Shown piece by piece: positions 1-9,941 of a stretch of 64,000 nt of DNA (positions are counted from its first letter, which is position 1; every line of letters begins with the position of its first letter). A program made the translations under genes and the position numbers. The stretch is taken from contig DATNOR010000186.1 in the NCBI GenBank assembly GCA_035601235.1, positions 279-64,278 of the forward strand. The letters are read 5' to 3'. Source of the stretch: Gemmatimonadales bacterium (GTDB lineage Bacteria > Gemmatimonadota > Gemmatimonadetes > Gemmatimonadales > GWC2-71-9). Below the pieces are notes generated by a model that did not search any database, was not told the origin of the DNA, and saw nothing but the letters and a program-made list of their open reading frames with translations.

Positions 1-969
1 AGCGCAGCCGTCATGCAGCTGTACGAGCGCGGCAAGCTGCGCCTCGACGACCAGGTCTCGAAATACATTCCCGCGTTCGCGGGCGTGAAGGTCTACGCTG
101 GCGGCGGCGCCGCGACGCCCGTGCTGCACGATCCCGAGCGGCCTATGACCCTGGCCGATCTGCTCACTCACACCTCGGGCCTGACGTACGGCTTCATCGG
201 CAACACGCCGGCGGATTCGATCTATCGCCGCGCGGGCCTCAACGACCCCCACTGGACTCTCGCCCAGCTGTCCGACAGCCTGGCGCACCTCCCGCTGGCA
301 TTCTCACCAGGGTCACGGTGGAATTACGGCTACTCCATCGATGTCCTCGCCCGGGTCCTCGAGGTCGTGTCGGGCATGCCGTTCGATCGCTACCTCGACA
401 GCGCCCTGCTCCGGCCGCTCGGCATGTCGATGACCGCCTTCCACGTCACGCCCGCGATGGAGGGGCATGTGACGACGGCGTACATGCGTGGACCCGATGG
501 GAAACTGCAGGCGACCGCGCCCGCGATCGCACCGGAGTTTACGTCCGAGGGGAGGATGCTCTCCGGCGGTGGCGGCCTGCTCTCGACGGCTAGCGACTAC
601 CTCCGCTTCGCCCAAATGCTCCTGAACGGCGGTGAGCTGGACGGGCACCGGGTGCTCGAGCGCGAGACCGTGGCCCTGATGATGCAGAACCACCTGCCGC
701 CCGTGCTTACGCCGATCCCCCCGATCACCGCCGACTGGCCTCCCGGCAGGAACGGCTTCGGGTACGGAGGCGCCGTGCGCGTGGATTCGGACACCACGGT
801 CCCCGGATCACCAGGCACGTTCCGCTGGGCGGGAGCGGCGTCGACCTTTTTCTGGGTCGATCCCCGAGCCGATCTGGTGGCAATGGTGTGGACGCAGCAC
901 CTCCCGCCCGCGTGGTCGCTGGACGCGCGGTTCCAGCGCCTGGTGTACGCGAGCGTGAAGGGGAAGTGA
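1..969 (+). CDS. serine hydrolase of the beta-lactamase/PBP-like family (5' end cut by window edge)
   Basis: ORF 13..969 stays open to the window start. Family-like stretches LLTHTSGL, NYGYSIDVLA and GGGGLLSTASDYLRF. G/C-rich third codon positions. Confidence 0.75.
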   Translation, partial: SAAVMQLYERGKLRLDDQVSKYIPAFAGVKVYAGGGAATPVLHDPERPMTLADLLTHTSGLTYGFIGNTPADSIYRRAGLNDPHWTLAQLSDSLAHLPLAFSPGSRWNYGYSIDVLARVLEVVSGMPFDRYLDSALLRPLGMSMTAFHVTPAMEGHVTTAYMRGPDGKLQATAPAIAPEFTSEGRMLSGGGGLLSTASDYLRFAQMLLNGGELDGHRVLERETVALMMQNHLPPVLTPIPPITADWPPGRNGFGYGGAVRVDSDTTVPGSPGTFRWAGAASTFFWVDPRADLVAMVWTQHLPPAWSLDARFQRLVYASVKGK

Positions 970-2738
970 GCATCACCCGAGCCGCCCTCGGCCTGCTGCT
1001 CGCCGTGGGTCCGCTCGCGGCCCAGACCACGCCGCTCGACGCCTTTCGCGGCAACATCGCGGCCATTCATTCCCGCAACCGCGCCGCCTATCTCTCGCAC
1101 TACCTCCATACCCCCGCACTCGCGCGCGTCGGCCCCGACGGTCTGCGCCAGGGCTATGACTCCTTTGCCGCGGGGGTCGGTACCGCGTGGCCGGATACGC
1201 TCGTGGCCACGCAGTTGCGCATCGTTCCGGTCACGCCGGACGTCGCCTACGGCGTCTACCGCTACCGCGCCGTGGACTCGACCGGCGGCGTACGCGGCGT
1301 GAGCGAGCGCGTCTTCGTTCACACGCCCGCGGGGTGGAAGATCGCCGTCACGACCGCGTTTCCCACGCCGGACGCGACGCCGCCGCCCTTGGCGATCGTC
1401 GGGGCGACGCTCCTGGACGGCAGCGGCGCCGCCCCGGTGCGCGATGCCGTAGTCGTGACGCGCAACGGGCGCATTGCCTGCGCGGGGGCTCGCTCCAGTT
1501 GTCCCGTTCCCGCCGACGCCGACACGCTGCGCGCCGCCGGCAAGTGGATCGTCCCGGGCCTGATCGACACCCACGTGCATTTCTCCCAGACCGGGTGGGT
1601 GGACGGGCGACCCGACGCCCTCGACCTGCGGGCCACCTATGCGTACGAGACGGTGGAGGCTGAGCTGCACCGGCGGCCGGAGCGATTCTTTCGCTCCTAC
1701 CTGTGCAGCGGCGTCACCTCGGTGTTCGACGTCGGCGGCTACCCCTGGACGCTCGACCTCCAGCAACGCACCGCGCGCTCGACCACTGCACCGCGCGTCG
1801 TGGCCGCCGGGCCGCTGCTCTCGACCATCGACCCCTGGCTCAACCTGCCCGATCAACGCCAGTTCGTTTACATGGCGGACGAGGCCACGGTGCGTCAGGC
1901 GGTCCGCGCCCACAAGGCGTGGGGCGCCGCGGCCATCAAAGTGTGGTACATCATGCCGCCCCAGCCGCCGGACAGCGCGCGCATGTCGGCGCTGGTGCAT
2001 GCCGCCGGCGACGAAGCCCGCAAGGTCGGGCTGCCGCTGATCGTCCACGCCACCGGCCTGTGGGAGGCGAAGGACGCGCTCCGCGCCGGGGCGCGTGTCC
2101 TGGTGCACTCGGTGTGGTCCGGGCCGGTGGACGACGAGTTTCTCGCGCTCGCCCGTCGCGCGGGGGCGATCTATGTGCCCACGCTCACCGTGCTGGACGG
2201 CTATGGCCAGGTGACGGCGCGCCACTTCCTGCCCGACCGCGGGGCGCTGCGGTGCGTCGATCGCGCTACGCGCGCCAAGGCGTTCGCCACTGATACGGTC
2301 GCGCTCGCACAGCGCCCGCCGCCGTCGCTGCGCCAGCGGCTCGGCCGCATCGTCCGCTCCCTTGCGCCCGGACTCGGCAGCACCCGGCGCCACGACCAGG
2401 GCGCCCTGAACCTGAAGCGGGTGTTCGACGCCGGTATCCCCGTGGCGCTCGGAACCGACGCCGGGAACCCGCTCACGCTGCACGGCGCGTCGGTGTTCCG
2501 GGAGCTCGAGGCGATGCAGGCGTCGGGGCTCGCACCGCGTGATGTGCTCGTCGCCGCGACGCGCAACGCCGCGCGGGCGCTCGACCTCGACAGCACGGGG
2601 ACGGTCACCGGCGGCGCCGTGGCCGACCTGCTCGTCCTGGACGCCGACCCGCTCACCGACATTCGGCATCTGCGCGACATCGCCCTCGTCATTCACCGGG
2701 GCGAGGCGTACACCCGGCGCGAGCTGGAATACCCGTAG
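966..2738 (+). CDS. secreted metal-dependent amidohydrolase with an extra N-terminal domain
   Basis: GTG 966 overlaps the upstream TGA (GTGA). Signal-like VSITRAALGLLLAVGPLAAQ. Amidohydrolase motifs GLIDTHVHF, LGTDAGN and DLLVLDADPL. Confidence 0.8.
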   Translation: MSITRAALGLLLAVGPLAAQTTPLDAFRGNIAAIHSRNRAAYLSHYLHTPALARVGPDGLRQGYDSFAAGVGTAWPDTLVATQLRIVPVTPDVAYGVYRYRAVDSTGGVRGVSERVFVHTPAGWKIAVTTAFPTPDATPPPLAIVGATLLDGSGAAPVRDAVVVTRNGRIACAGARSSCPVPADADTLRAAGKWIVPGLIDTHVHFSQTGWVDGRPDALDLRATYAYETVEAELHRRPERFFRSYLCSGVTSVFDVGGYPWTLDLQQRTARSTTAPRVVAAGPLLSTIDPWLNLPDQRQFVYMADEATVRQAVRAHKAWGAAAIKVWYIMPPQPPDSARMSALVHAAGDEARKVGLPLIVHATGLWEAKDALRAGARVLVHSVWSGPVDDEFLALARRAGAIYVPTLTVLDGYGQVTARHFLPDRGALRCVDRATRAKAFATDTVALAQRPPPSLRQRLGRIVRSLAPGLGSTRRHDQGALNLKRVFDAGIPVALGTDAGNPLTLHGASVFRELEAMQASGLAPRDVLVAATRNAARALDLDSTGTVTGGAVADLLVLDADPLTDIRHLRDIALVIHRGEAYTRRELEYP

Positions 2739-2818
2739 CGCAGACGCGAAACCGGCGGCAACTTTCCCGCGAGCATCGCTCGTCACCGTTCCTTCTTGCA
2801 CACGAGGTTCTGCCCCGC

Positions 2819-5092
2819 ATGCACACGATCGCCCGCGCGCTCGTTGCGTCCGCCCTCGGCGCGCTGCTCCTCGCCGCCGCTCCTTCCCCCACCGCCGACC
2901 TGCGCGGCTACTCCACCGACGCGGCGAAGGCCGAGCGGGACTGGGAGGCCAAGCTCCGCGCTGTCCCGTCGCCCGACTCGTTGCGCGAGTACATGCGCCG
3001 CCTCTCGGCGCGGCCGCACCACGTCGGCTCGCCGTACGACAAGGACAACGCCGAGTGGATCCTCGCCAAGTTCAAGGGCTTCGGGTTGGACGCGCGGATC
3101 GAGACGTTCGACGTGCTGTTCCCCACGCCCAAGGAGCGCGTCGTGGAGCTGGTGGCACCCACGAAGTTCGTCGCCAAGCTGCAGGAGCCCCCGGTCGTGG
3201 GCGACCCCACCTCGAGTCAGCAGGCGGAGCAGCTGCCGACCTACAACGCCTACTCGATCGACGGCGACGTCACCGCCCCGCTGGTGTACGTGAATTACGG
3301 CGTGCCGGCGGATTATGAGCAGCTCGAGCGCATGGGCATCTCCGTCAAGGGCGCCATCGTGATCGCGCGCTATTTCGGATCGTGGCGCGGCATCAAGCCC
3401 AAGGTGGCGGCCGAGCACGGGGCCGTGGGCTGCATCATCTACTCCGATCCGCGGGAGGATGGGTACGCCCATGGCGAGGTGTACCCGCAGGGTCCGTGGC
3501 GGCCCAAGGACGGCGTGCAGCGCGGCAGCGTGATGGACATGCCGCTCTATCCCGGCGATCCGCTCACCCCCGGGATCGGGGCGACCAAGGACGCCAAGCG
3601 CCTGGCGGTGAGTGAAGCCCCCACGATCACCAAGATTCCCGTGCTGCCGATTTCCTACGGCGACGCGCAGCCGCTGCTGGCGGCGCTGCGCGGTCGCGTG
3701 GCGCCGGCCGAGTGGCGCGGCGCCCTCGGCATCACCTACCGCCTCGGTCCCGGGCCCGCCCGCGTGCATCTGCGGGTCAAGTCCGACTGGAATCTCAAGC
3801 CCCTGTACGACGTGATCGCGCGCATCCCAGGCGCGGTCGCGCCGGACGAGTGGGTGGTCCGCGGCAATCATCACGACGCCTGGGTGAACGGCGCGGAAGA
3901 TCCGATCTCGGGACTGGTGCCGCTGCTGGAAGAGGCGCGCGCCTACGGGCAGCTCCTCAAGCAGGGCTGGAAGCCGCGCCGCACCATCATCTACGCCGCC
4001 TGGGACGGCGAGGAGCCGGCGTTGCTCGGCTCGACCGAGTGGGTCGAGGCCCATGCCGACGAGCTGGCCGCCAAGGCCGTCGCGTACCTGAACAGCGACA
4101 CCAACAACCGCGGGTACCTGAACATCGGCGGCTCGCACTCGCTCGAGAATTTCATCAACGACGTGGCGCGCGATATCGAAGATCCCGAAACCAAGCTCAC
4201 CGTATGGAAGCGGGCCCAGCTCCGTGCCATTGCCGACGCGACCTCCGCGGACGCCCGCCAGGAAGCGCGCCAGCGTGCCGACCTGCGCATCGACGCCCTC
4301 GGGTCCGGGTCGGATTTCACGCCGTTCCTGCAGCACGTCGGCGTCGCCACGTTGAACCTCGGCTACGGCGGGGAGGGCGGCGGCGGGATCTATCATTCGA
4401 TCTACGATGACTTCAAGTGGTTCACCACCTTCGACGACACGTCGTTCGTGTACGGGCGCGCCCTGGCCCAGACCGTGGGCACCGCGGTGTTGCGCCTGGC
4501 CGACGCCGAAGTCCTGCCCTATCAATTCACCGGGCTGGCCGAGACGGTGGCGAAGTACACCAAAGAGGTGGAGAAGCTCGCGAAGGACAAGCAGGACGAG
4601 ATCCGCGAGCGGACCCGCGAGCTCGACGAGGGCCTGTTCACGGCCACCGCCGATCCGCGCGAGCCCGACGTGCCCCCGGCGCGCGAGGCGCTGCCGCCGT
4701 TTCTCAACTTCGCGCCGCTCGACAACGCGACCGACGCGCTGACACGCGTGGCCGAGCGCTACGAGAAAGCCCTGGGGCGCGCTCAGGCCAACGGCGGCGC
4801 GGCGCTGGCCAAGCCGGACGTGCAGGCCGTGAACGCCACCCTGCTCCGCTCGGAACGGGCGCTGACGACCGCAGCCGGACTGCCGCGCCGGCCGTGGTAT
4901 CGTCACGCGGTCTATGCGCCAGGCTTCTACACGGGCTACGGCGTGAAAACACTTCCAGGCGTGCGCGAGGCGATCGAGCAGAAAAACTGGTCCGAGGGCG
5001 ACGCGCAAATCGAAGCCGCCGGCAAGGCGCTCCAGGCCACCGCTGACGTGATCGGGCGTGCGGCCGAGCAGCTGGAGAAGGCGGCGCCGTGA
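2819..5092 (+). CDS. M28-family peptidase, glutamate carboxypeptidase II / NAALADase-like (PA domain plus TfR-like dimerisation domain)
   Basis: 757-aa ORF with signal peptide MHTIARALVASALGALLLAAA. Stretches typical of the family: GAIVIARYFGSWRGIKP, RGNHHDAWVNGAEDP, AAWDGEEPALLGSTEW, YHSIYDDF. Confidence 0.8.
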   Translation: MHTIARALVASALGALLLAAAPSPTADLRGYSTDAAKAERDWEAKLRAVPSPDSLREYMRRLSARPHHVGSPYDKDNAEWILAKFKGFGLDARIETFDVLFPTPKERVVELVAPTKFVAKLQEPPVVGDPTSSQQAEQLPTYNAYSIDGDVTAPLVYVNYGVPADYEQLERMGISVKGAIVIARYFGSWRGIKPKVAAEHGAVGCIIYSDPREDGYAHGEVYPQGPWRPKDGVQRGSVMDMPLYPGDPLTPGIGATKDAKRLAVSEAPTITKIPVLPISYGDAQPLLAALRGRVAPAEWRGALGITYRLGPGPARVHLRVKSDWNLKPLYDVIARIPGAVAPDEWVVRGNHHDAWVNGAEDPISGLVPLLEEARAYGQLLKQGWKPRRTIIYAAWDGEEPALLGSTEWVEAHADELAAKAVAYLNSDTNNRGYLNIGGSHSLENFINDVARDIEDPETKLTVWKRAQLRAIADATSADARQEARQRADLRIDALGSGSDFTPFLQHVGVATLNLGYGGEGGGGIYHSIYDDFKWFTTFDDTSFVYGRALAQTVGTAVLRLADAEVLPYQFTGLAETVAKYTKEVEKLAKDKQDEIRERTRELDEGLFTATADPREPDVPPAREALPPFLNFAPLDNATDALTRVAERYEKALGRAQANGGAALAKPDVQAVNATLLRSERALTTAAGLPRRPWYRHAVYAPGFYTGYGVKTLPGVREAIEQKNWSEGDAQIEAAGKALQATADVIGRAAEQLEKAAP

Positions 5093-5153
5093 GGGTTGAC
5101 TGACAGTCGTCCCCGTCGCCAGTTTGCTGGGCACGAGGTACGCGGAGGAGCGC

Positions 5154-5516
5154 ATGCAGAGCCGCAGTCGCACCGTGGCGTTCAGCGCCATCCTGTTGTT
5201 GCCCGTCGCCACGTACGCCCCGGTCGATCGACACCCGCAGACGGCCGCGCAACCCGGCGCGTCGTACACCTACCAGGGCACCGTGCGCGCCTTCACGGCG
5301 AAGACGGGATCACTCGAGCTGATAACCGGCGTCGGCATGGCCTTGCGCATCGTACAGATCAGCGTCGCGCCGGCGGCTCACGCCGGCGGCGGAACCGCCG
5401 CCCGCCTCGCGGGCCTCGAGTTCAAGCCCGGAGACGTGGTGCGGGTCGAGGGCCACCGCACCGGCGCGGGACTCGTCGCGGACCGCATCGAGAAGATCGA
5501 GGTGCCGAAGCCGTGA
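5154..5516 (+). CDS. hypothetical small secreted protein
   Basis: ATG 5154 is preceded by GGAGGAG. Hydrophobic N-terminus TVAFSAILLLPVATYA. Its stop overlaps the GTG of the next gene (GTGA at 5513-5516). No family recognised. Confidence 0.45.
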   Translation: MQSRSRTVAFSAILLLPVATYAPVDRHPQTAAQPGASYTYQGTVRAFTAKTGSLELITGVGMALRIVQISVAPAAHAGGGTAARLAGLEFKPGDVVRVEGHRTGAGLVADRIEKIEVPKP

Positions 5517-6655
5517 CCCGGCAGCGGGTCGCGGCTCTCTTCCTGCTCTTGCTCGCTGGCTGCGCCAAGCCGGTGAAGCCGGGCGACCCCGTGCCCGGCC
5601 TCACGCGCGACCAACGCGACCGCTTCGCCCGCGGCAAGGTGGTGTTCGACAGCACGTTCACCCCGGCGACCGGGCTCGGGCCGCTCTTCAACTCGACCGG
5701 GTGCGGCGAGTGCCATGAGGACCCCGCGGCGGGCGGGCGCGGCGACGAAATCGAGGTGCACGCCACCGCGTTCCACGCCCCCGCCTGCGATCCCCTGGTG
5801 CAGGAAGGCGGACCGGTGGTGCAGCAGCACACCACGCCGGCCCTCAAACAGGCGCTCGGGATCGACAGCGAGCCCTTCCCCCCGTCCGCCACGGCCCGTG
5901 CTCACCGCACCTCGCCCGTGGTGTTCGGCCGGGGACTGCTCGATCTCGTCCCGGACTCGGCCATCCTTTCGTACGCCGACCCGGACGACCGGAATCACGA
6001 CGGCATCCGGGGGCGCCCGGGGCGCTCGCTGGACGGGCGGATCGGTCGCTTCGGCCGCAAGGCCTTGGTTCCCACGTTGCGCGAGTTCAACGCCGGCGCG
6101 TTCCCCACCGAGACGGGGGTGACCGACCCCGAGCAGCCTACCGAAGAGAACATCGGCGGCAAGCCCATCCCGCCCGGCGTCGATCCGGTGGCCGAGCCCG
6201 AGATCACACAGGAGGGGCTCGCTCTGGCGGACGATTTCGTGCGTTTCCTGGGCGCCCCCACGCCCGCCAAGCTGGGCAAGGACGGGCGGCGCGGGCGCGA
6301 CCTGTTCTCGCAGATCGGCTGCGCCTCCTGCCACATCCCGACGCTGCGCACGGGGGCGAGCCCCATTGCGGCGCTCGCCTACCGCGAGTTCCCCGCCTAC
6401 ACCGACTTGCTGCTCCACGATATGGGAGCGGAGCTGGCCGACATCTGCCTCGGCAGCGCGACCCCCCGGGATTTCCGCACCGAGCCCCTGCTCGATCTGC
6501 GCGACGCCAAGACCTTCCTGCATGACGGACAGGCCGCCACCCTGGAGCAGGCCGTCGAGCGCCACGGCGGGGAAGCCGCGGGCGTCCGCGACCGCTTCAA
6601 GGCCCTCCCCGTCGCGGACCGGAACGCCATCGTCGCGTTTCTCAAGTCCCTTTAA
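5513..6655 (+). CDS. di-haem cytochrome c oxidoreductase-like lipoprotein (DUF1111-type)
   Basis: In-frame GTG 5513 gives the lipoprotein-like N-terminus VTRQRVAALFLLLLAGCAKP. Two CxxCH haem motifs (CGECH, CASCH). GLGPLFN block typical of DUF1111. Confidence 0.8.
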   Translation: MTRQRVAALFLLLLAGCAKPVKPGDPVPGLTRDQRDRFARGKVVFDSTFTPATGLGPLFNSTGCGECHEDPAAGGRGDEIEVHATAFHAPACDPLVQEGGPVVQQHTTPALKQALGIDSEPFPPSATARAHRTSPVVFGRGLLDLVPDSAILSYADPDDRNHDGIRGRPGRSLDGRIGRFGRKALVPTLREFNAGAFPTETGVTDPEQPTEENIGGKPIPPGVDPVAEPEITQEGLALADDFVRFLGAPTPAKLGKDGRRGRDLFSQIGCASCHIPTLRTGASPIAALAYREFPAYTDLLLHDMGAELADICLGSATPRDFRTEPLLDLRDAKTFLHDGQAATLEQAVERHGGEAAGVRDRFKALPVADRNAIVAFLKSL

Positions 6656-6700
6656 AGAGGAATCCGGGGACTGCCGGGGGACTTGATGAAGGCGGGCCGG

Positions 6701-6716
6701 TGTGATTAGCATCACT
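6701..6716. promoter_or_regulatory. CRP-type palindrome TGTGA-ttagca-TCACt upstream of the ABC transporter operon
   Basis: 9 of 10 match to TGTGA-N6-TCACA, read directly. The centre is 36 nt upstream of ATG 6745. It overlaps a possible TTGATG(6683)-N18-TAGCAT(6707) promoter. Confidence 0.45.
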
Positions 6717-6744
6717 CCGCCCATACACACATTCGCTGGTCGGT

Positions 6745-7707
6745 ATGCCTCTCCTCTCAGTCGAAGGCGTTTCCAAGCGGTTCGACGGCGTGACGGCCGT
6801 CGACCAGGTCTCGTTCGCCGTGGACCGCGGTCAGGTGGTGGGATTCCTTGGCCCGAACGGGGCCGGGAAATCCACGACCATGCGGATGATCACCCAGTAC
6901 TACGAGCCGGACACGGGTGGCATCAAGCTCGACGGCGTACCGCTCGCCGACGTGGGGCGCCAGGCGAAGCGCCGCATCGGCTACCTCGCTGAGAACAATC
7001 CATTGTATGGCGACATGCTGGTGTGCGATTACCTGGGCTTCATCGCCGACCTGCGGGAGCTCGCCGGTGTCGGGCGCCGCCAAGCGCTCGACGAGGCGGT
7101 CACCGGCACGGGCATCGAGACGGTGTACTACCGGCCCATCGGCGAGTTGTCGAAGGGGTACCGCCAGCGGGTGGGCCTCGCGCAAGCGATCCTGCACCGC
7201 CCCGATCTGCTGGTCCTGGACGAGCCCACCGAAGGGCTCGACCCCAACCAGCGCCTGGAGATCCGCAGGCTGATCGGCGCGCTCGGCAAGGACCGCACCG
7301 TGATCCTGTCGACGCACGTGCTCCCGGAGGTGCAGCACACCTGCTCGCGCCTGCTCATCATCAGCCGCGGTAAGATCGTGGCCGACGGACCCGTGGAGCG
7401 GCTCATCCAGCAGGCGGAAGGGGCGGTCGAGATCGCCGTCGAGGCCGCCGGCACGGGCGTCGCGGAAGCGCTGGGCCAGCTCCCCGGGGTGCGCCGGGTG
7501 AGTCCGGCAGGCCCGGCCACGAATGGCCGAGTGGCGGTGACGCTCACCGCCGATCGCTCCACCGACCTGCGGCCCGAGATCTTCGGACTCGCCAAGGCCC
7601 GCGGCTGGACGCTGTACGAGCTGCATCAGGCGGCCGGCCGCCTCGAGGACCTGTTCCACCAGCTCACGAGTCAGCCACCTGACGAGTCAGGCGGAGCGGT
7701 GACGTGA
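6745..7707 (+). CDS. ABC transporter ATP-binding protein (GldA-like, ABC-2 type)
   Basis: Walker A GPNGAGKST, signature LSKGYRQR, Walker B LLVLDEPTEGLD. Confidence 0.9.
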   Translation: MPLLSVEGVSKRFDGVTAVDQVSFAVDRGQVVGFLGPNGAGKSTTMRMITQYYEPDTGGIKLDGVPLADVGRQAKRRIGYLAENNPLYGDMLVCDYLGFIADLRELAGVGRRQALDEAVTGTGIETVYYRPIGELSKGYRQRVGLAQAILHRPDLLVLDEPTEGLDPNQRLEIRRLIGALGKDRTVILSTHVLPEVQHTCSRLLIISRGKIVADGPVERLIQQAEGAVEIAVEAAGTGVAEALGQLPGVRRVSPAGPATNGRVAVTLTADRSTDLRPEIFGLAKARGWTLYELHQAAGRLEDLFHQLTSQPPDESGGAVT

Positions 7708-9941
7708 GCCCGATCCGTACCATCGCGCGACGCGAGCTGAAGGCGTTGTTCGACCAGCCGATCGCCTACATCCTGCTCGTCGTGTTCACCGGGGTGAACG
7801 CGCTGCTGTTCTTCCGCGAGGCGGAGGTCTACAACATCGCCTCCTTGCGGCCGATGCTCGACTTCCTTCCCTGGCTGCTGCTGTTCCTGGTCCCGGCCGT
7901 GACGATGCGGGCCCTGGCGGAGGACCTGCGCTCGGGCACCCTCGAGGTTGTGCTGGCGCAGCCGATCACTGAGCTCGAGCTGCTGCTCGGCAAGTACTTC
8001 GGTCAGCTGCTGTTCCTGCTCATCGCCCTCGCGATCACCCTCACGGTCCCGCTCGGCCTCGCGCTCGGGACCGCACCGGAGCTCGGCATCATCGTGGCCC
8101 AGTACGTGGGAGCGGCCCTGCTCGTCGCGGGATTGGCGGCCGTGGGCGTGTGGGCGTCGAGCGTGAGTCAGAACCAGATCACGGCATTCATCGTCGGCGT
8201 CTTCGTGATGTTCCTGCTGATCTTCGTTGGACTGGACCAGTTGCTCGTGGGATTGCCGCCCCGCCTGGGCGCCATCGCCGGCGCGCTGGGCGTGCTGTCG
8301 CATTTCAGCCAGATCGCCCGCGGTGTGATCGACCTGCGCGACGCCGTCTACTTCGTGACGCTCGCGGCCCTGTTCCTCGTGCTCGCGTACTTCGCGCTGC
8401 TCTCGCGCAAACTCACCGCGCGCGGCGAGGCGCTCAAGCGCCTCCGCCTGGGCACGGTGCTGCTCGCGCTGGCCGTCATCGTCGTGAACCTGCTCGGCGG
8501 AAACATCGGCGGCCGGATCGACCTGACGCCCGGCCGGGCCTTCACGCTCGCACCGGCCACCCGGCTGCTGCTGCGCACCCTGCCGGATCTCGTCACCATC
8601 AAGCTGTTCGCCTCGAGCGCCCTGCCCAAGGAGATCGAGTCCACCCGGCGCGACGTGGACGACTTGCTGCGCGACTACCGCGCGGCGGGGCGCGGCAAGG
8701 TGAAACTCGTCATCGAGGACCCGGCGGCGGATAGCGCCGCCATGCGCGAGGCCCGCTCGAGCGGCATCCCCCCGGTGCAGTTCAACGTCCTGGGACAGGG
8801 CGAGCTGCAGGTAAAAGAAGGGTATCTGGGCCTGGCAGTCCGGTACGCCGACGCCGTCAAGACCATCCCCTTCATCCAGCAGACCAACGACCTCGAGTAC
8901 CGCCTCACGTCGGACATCCAGGCGCTCACGCATCCCGAGCGGTCCAAGGTCGCCTTCGGTGAGATCAGCGACGCCGCCGCGGCGCGCGGCCGCCGCAGCT
9001 TCGAGGAGCTGCGCGAGCAGCTCGGCGCGAACCACACGGTCACCACGTTCGCGCTCACCGACACGACCATCGCGCCCGATGTGAAGGTGCTCGCCGTCGC
9101 CGGCACGCCCGACTCGCTCATTCCCGCCCAGCTCGAGCGGCTGCACGCGTTCCTCGATCGCGGCGGCAGCCTGCTCGTGATGGCGGGCGGCATGACCCTC
9201 TCCGACCAGGGGCCGCTCGCGATGTCGCGGCGTGTGGGCTGGAACGAGCTGCTCAAACCCTACGGCCTCTCGATCGCGTCGGACATGGTGTACGACCTTG
9301 CGTCCAACACGCAGGTGGGGATCCCGGCGCAGTTCGGCCAGGTGCTCGTCCCTTATCCGTTCTGGCTGCGGGCGCTCAGCACCGGCCGCTCGCCGGTGAA
9401 CGCGGACCTGGGACCGGTGATGCTACCCTGGGCGAGCCAGATCGACACGGTCAAGGGCGCGGCGAGCGTGACGCCGCTCCTCGTGACCAGCCGGGCGGCG
9501 GGCGTGCAGGAGGCCACCGCCTTCATCCAGCCGGGCAGCCCGCTGAGCCGCGATAGCCTGCGCTCCCGAGTCGTCGCGGCGCTCGCGGCGCTCCAACCGG
9601 CCACGTCCGGCGGCGCGCCGCGCGGTCGCGTCGTGGTGATCGGCAGTGGCGACTTCGCGAGCGACCGCTACGCCCGCAATTCGCCGACCAACATCGTGCT
9701 GGTGCAGAACGCGATCGACTGGCTGTCCCAGGACGACGCCCTGATCGCGATCCGCTCCAAGGACCGATCCCCGCCGCCGCTGGTGTTCTCGAGCAGCGTG
9801 GCGCGCGGCTCCGCGAAGTACGGTAATCTCATCGGCGTCCCGGTACTGCTGATGGCGGCCGGGATCGGGCGGCTGCTGCGCCGGCGCCGGACCACCCGGC
9901 GGGTGTATCGACCGCTCGCCGCCGAGGGAGCGGCGGCATGA
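7704..9941 (+). CDS. ABC-2 permease fused to a GldG-like periplasmic domain
   Basis: GTGA overlap with the ATPase gene. The N-terminal ~240 aa are multi-TM and GldF-like. They are followed by a large soluble domain and a C-terminal TM segment, as in GldG-type proteins. Confidence 0.75.
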   Translation: MSPIRTIARRELKALFDQPIAYILLVVFTGVNALLFFREAEVYNIASLRPMLDFLPWLLLFLVPAVTMRALAEDLRSGTLEVVLAQPITELELLLGKYFGQLLFLLIALAITLTVPLGLALGTAPELGIIVAQYVGAALLVAGLAAVGVWASSVSQNQITAFIVGVFVMFLLIFVGLDQLLVGLPPRLGAIAGALGVLSHFSQIARGVIDLRDAVYFVTLAALFLVLAYFALLSRKLTARGEALKRLRLGTVLLALAVIVVNLLGGNIGGRIDLTPGRAFTLAPATRLLLRTLPDLVTIKLFASSALPKEIESTRRDVDDLLRDYRAAGRGKVKLVIEDPAADSAAMREARSSGIPPVQFNVLGQGELQVKEGYLGLAVRYADAVKTIPFIQQTNDLEYRLTSDIQALTHPERSKVAFGEISDAAAARGRRSFEELREQLGANHTVTTFALTDTTIAPDVKVLAVAGTPDSLIPAQLERLHAFLDRGGSLLVMAGGMTLSDQGPLAMSRRVGWNELLKPYGLSIASDMVYDLASNTQVGIPAQFGQVLVPYPFWLRALSTGRSPVNADLGPVMLPWASQIDTVKGAASVTPLLVTSRAAGVQEATAFIQPGSPLSRDSLRSRVVAALAALQPATSGGAPRGRVVVIGSGDFASDRYARNSPTNIVLVQNAIDWLSQDDALIAIRSKDRSPPPLVFSSSVARGSAKYGNLIGVPVLLMAAGIGRLLRRRRTTRRVYRPLAAEGAAA

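Noticed and set aside
597-5269. Very long reverse-strand ORFs (597..2801, 2783..5269). Similar cases elsewhere: 7671..9146, 9668..10867, 25808..29698, 39021..42032, 45313..47328, 54737..56890.
   Set aside because: They lie antisense to genes with clear family motifs. Their products are Arg/Gly/Pro/Ala-rich with no recognisable domains, and their third-position pattern mirrors the real frame. These are typical shadow ORFs of high-GC DNA.
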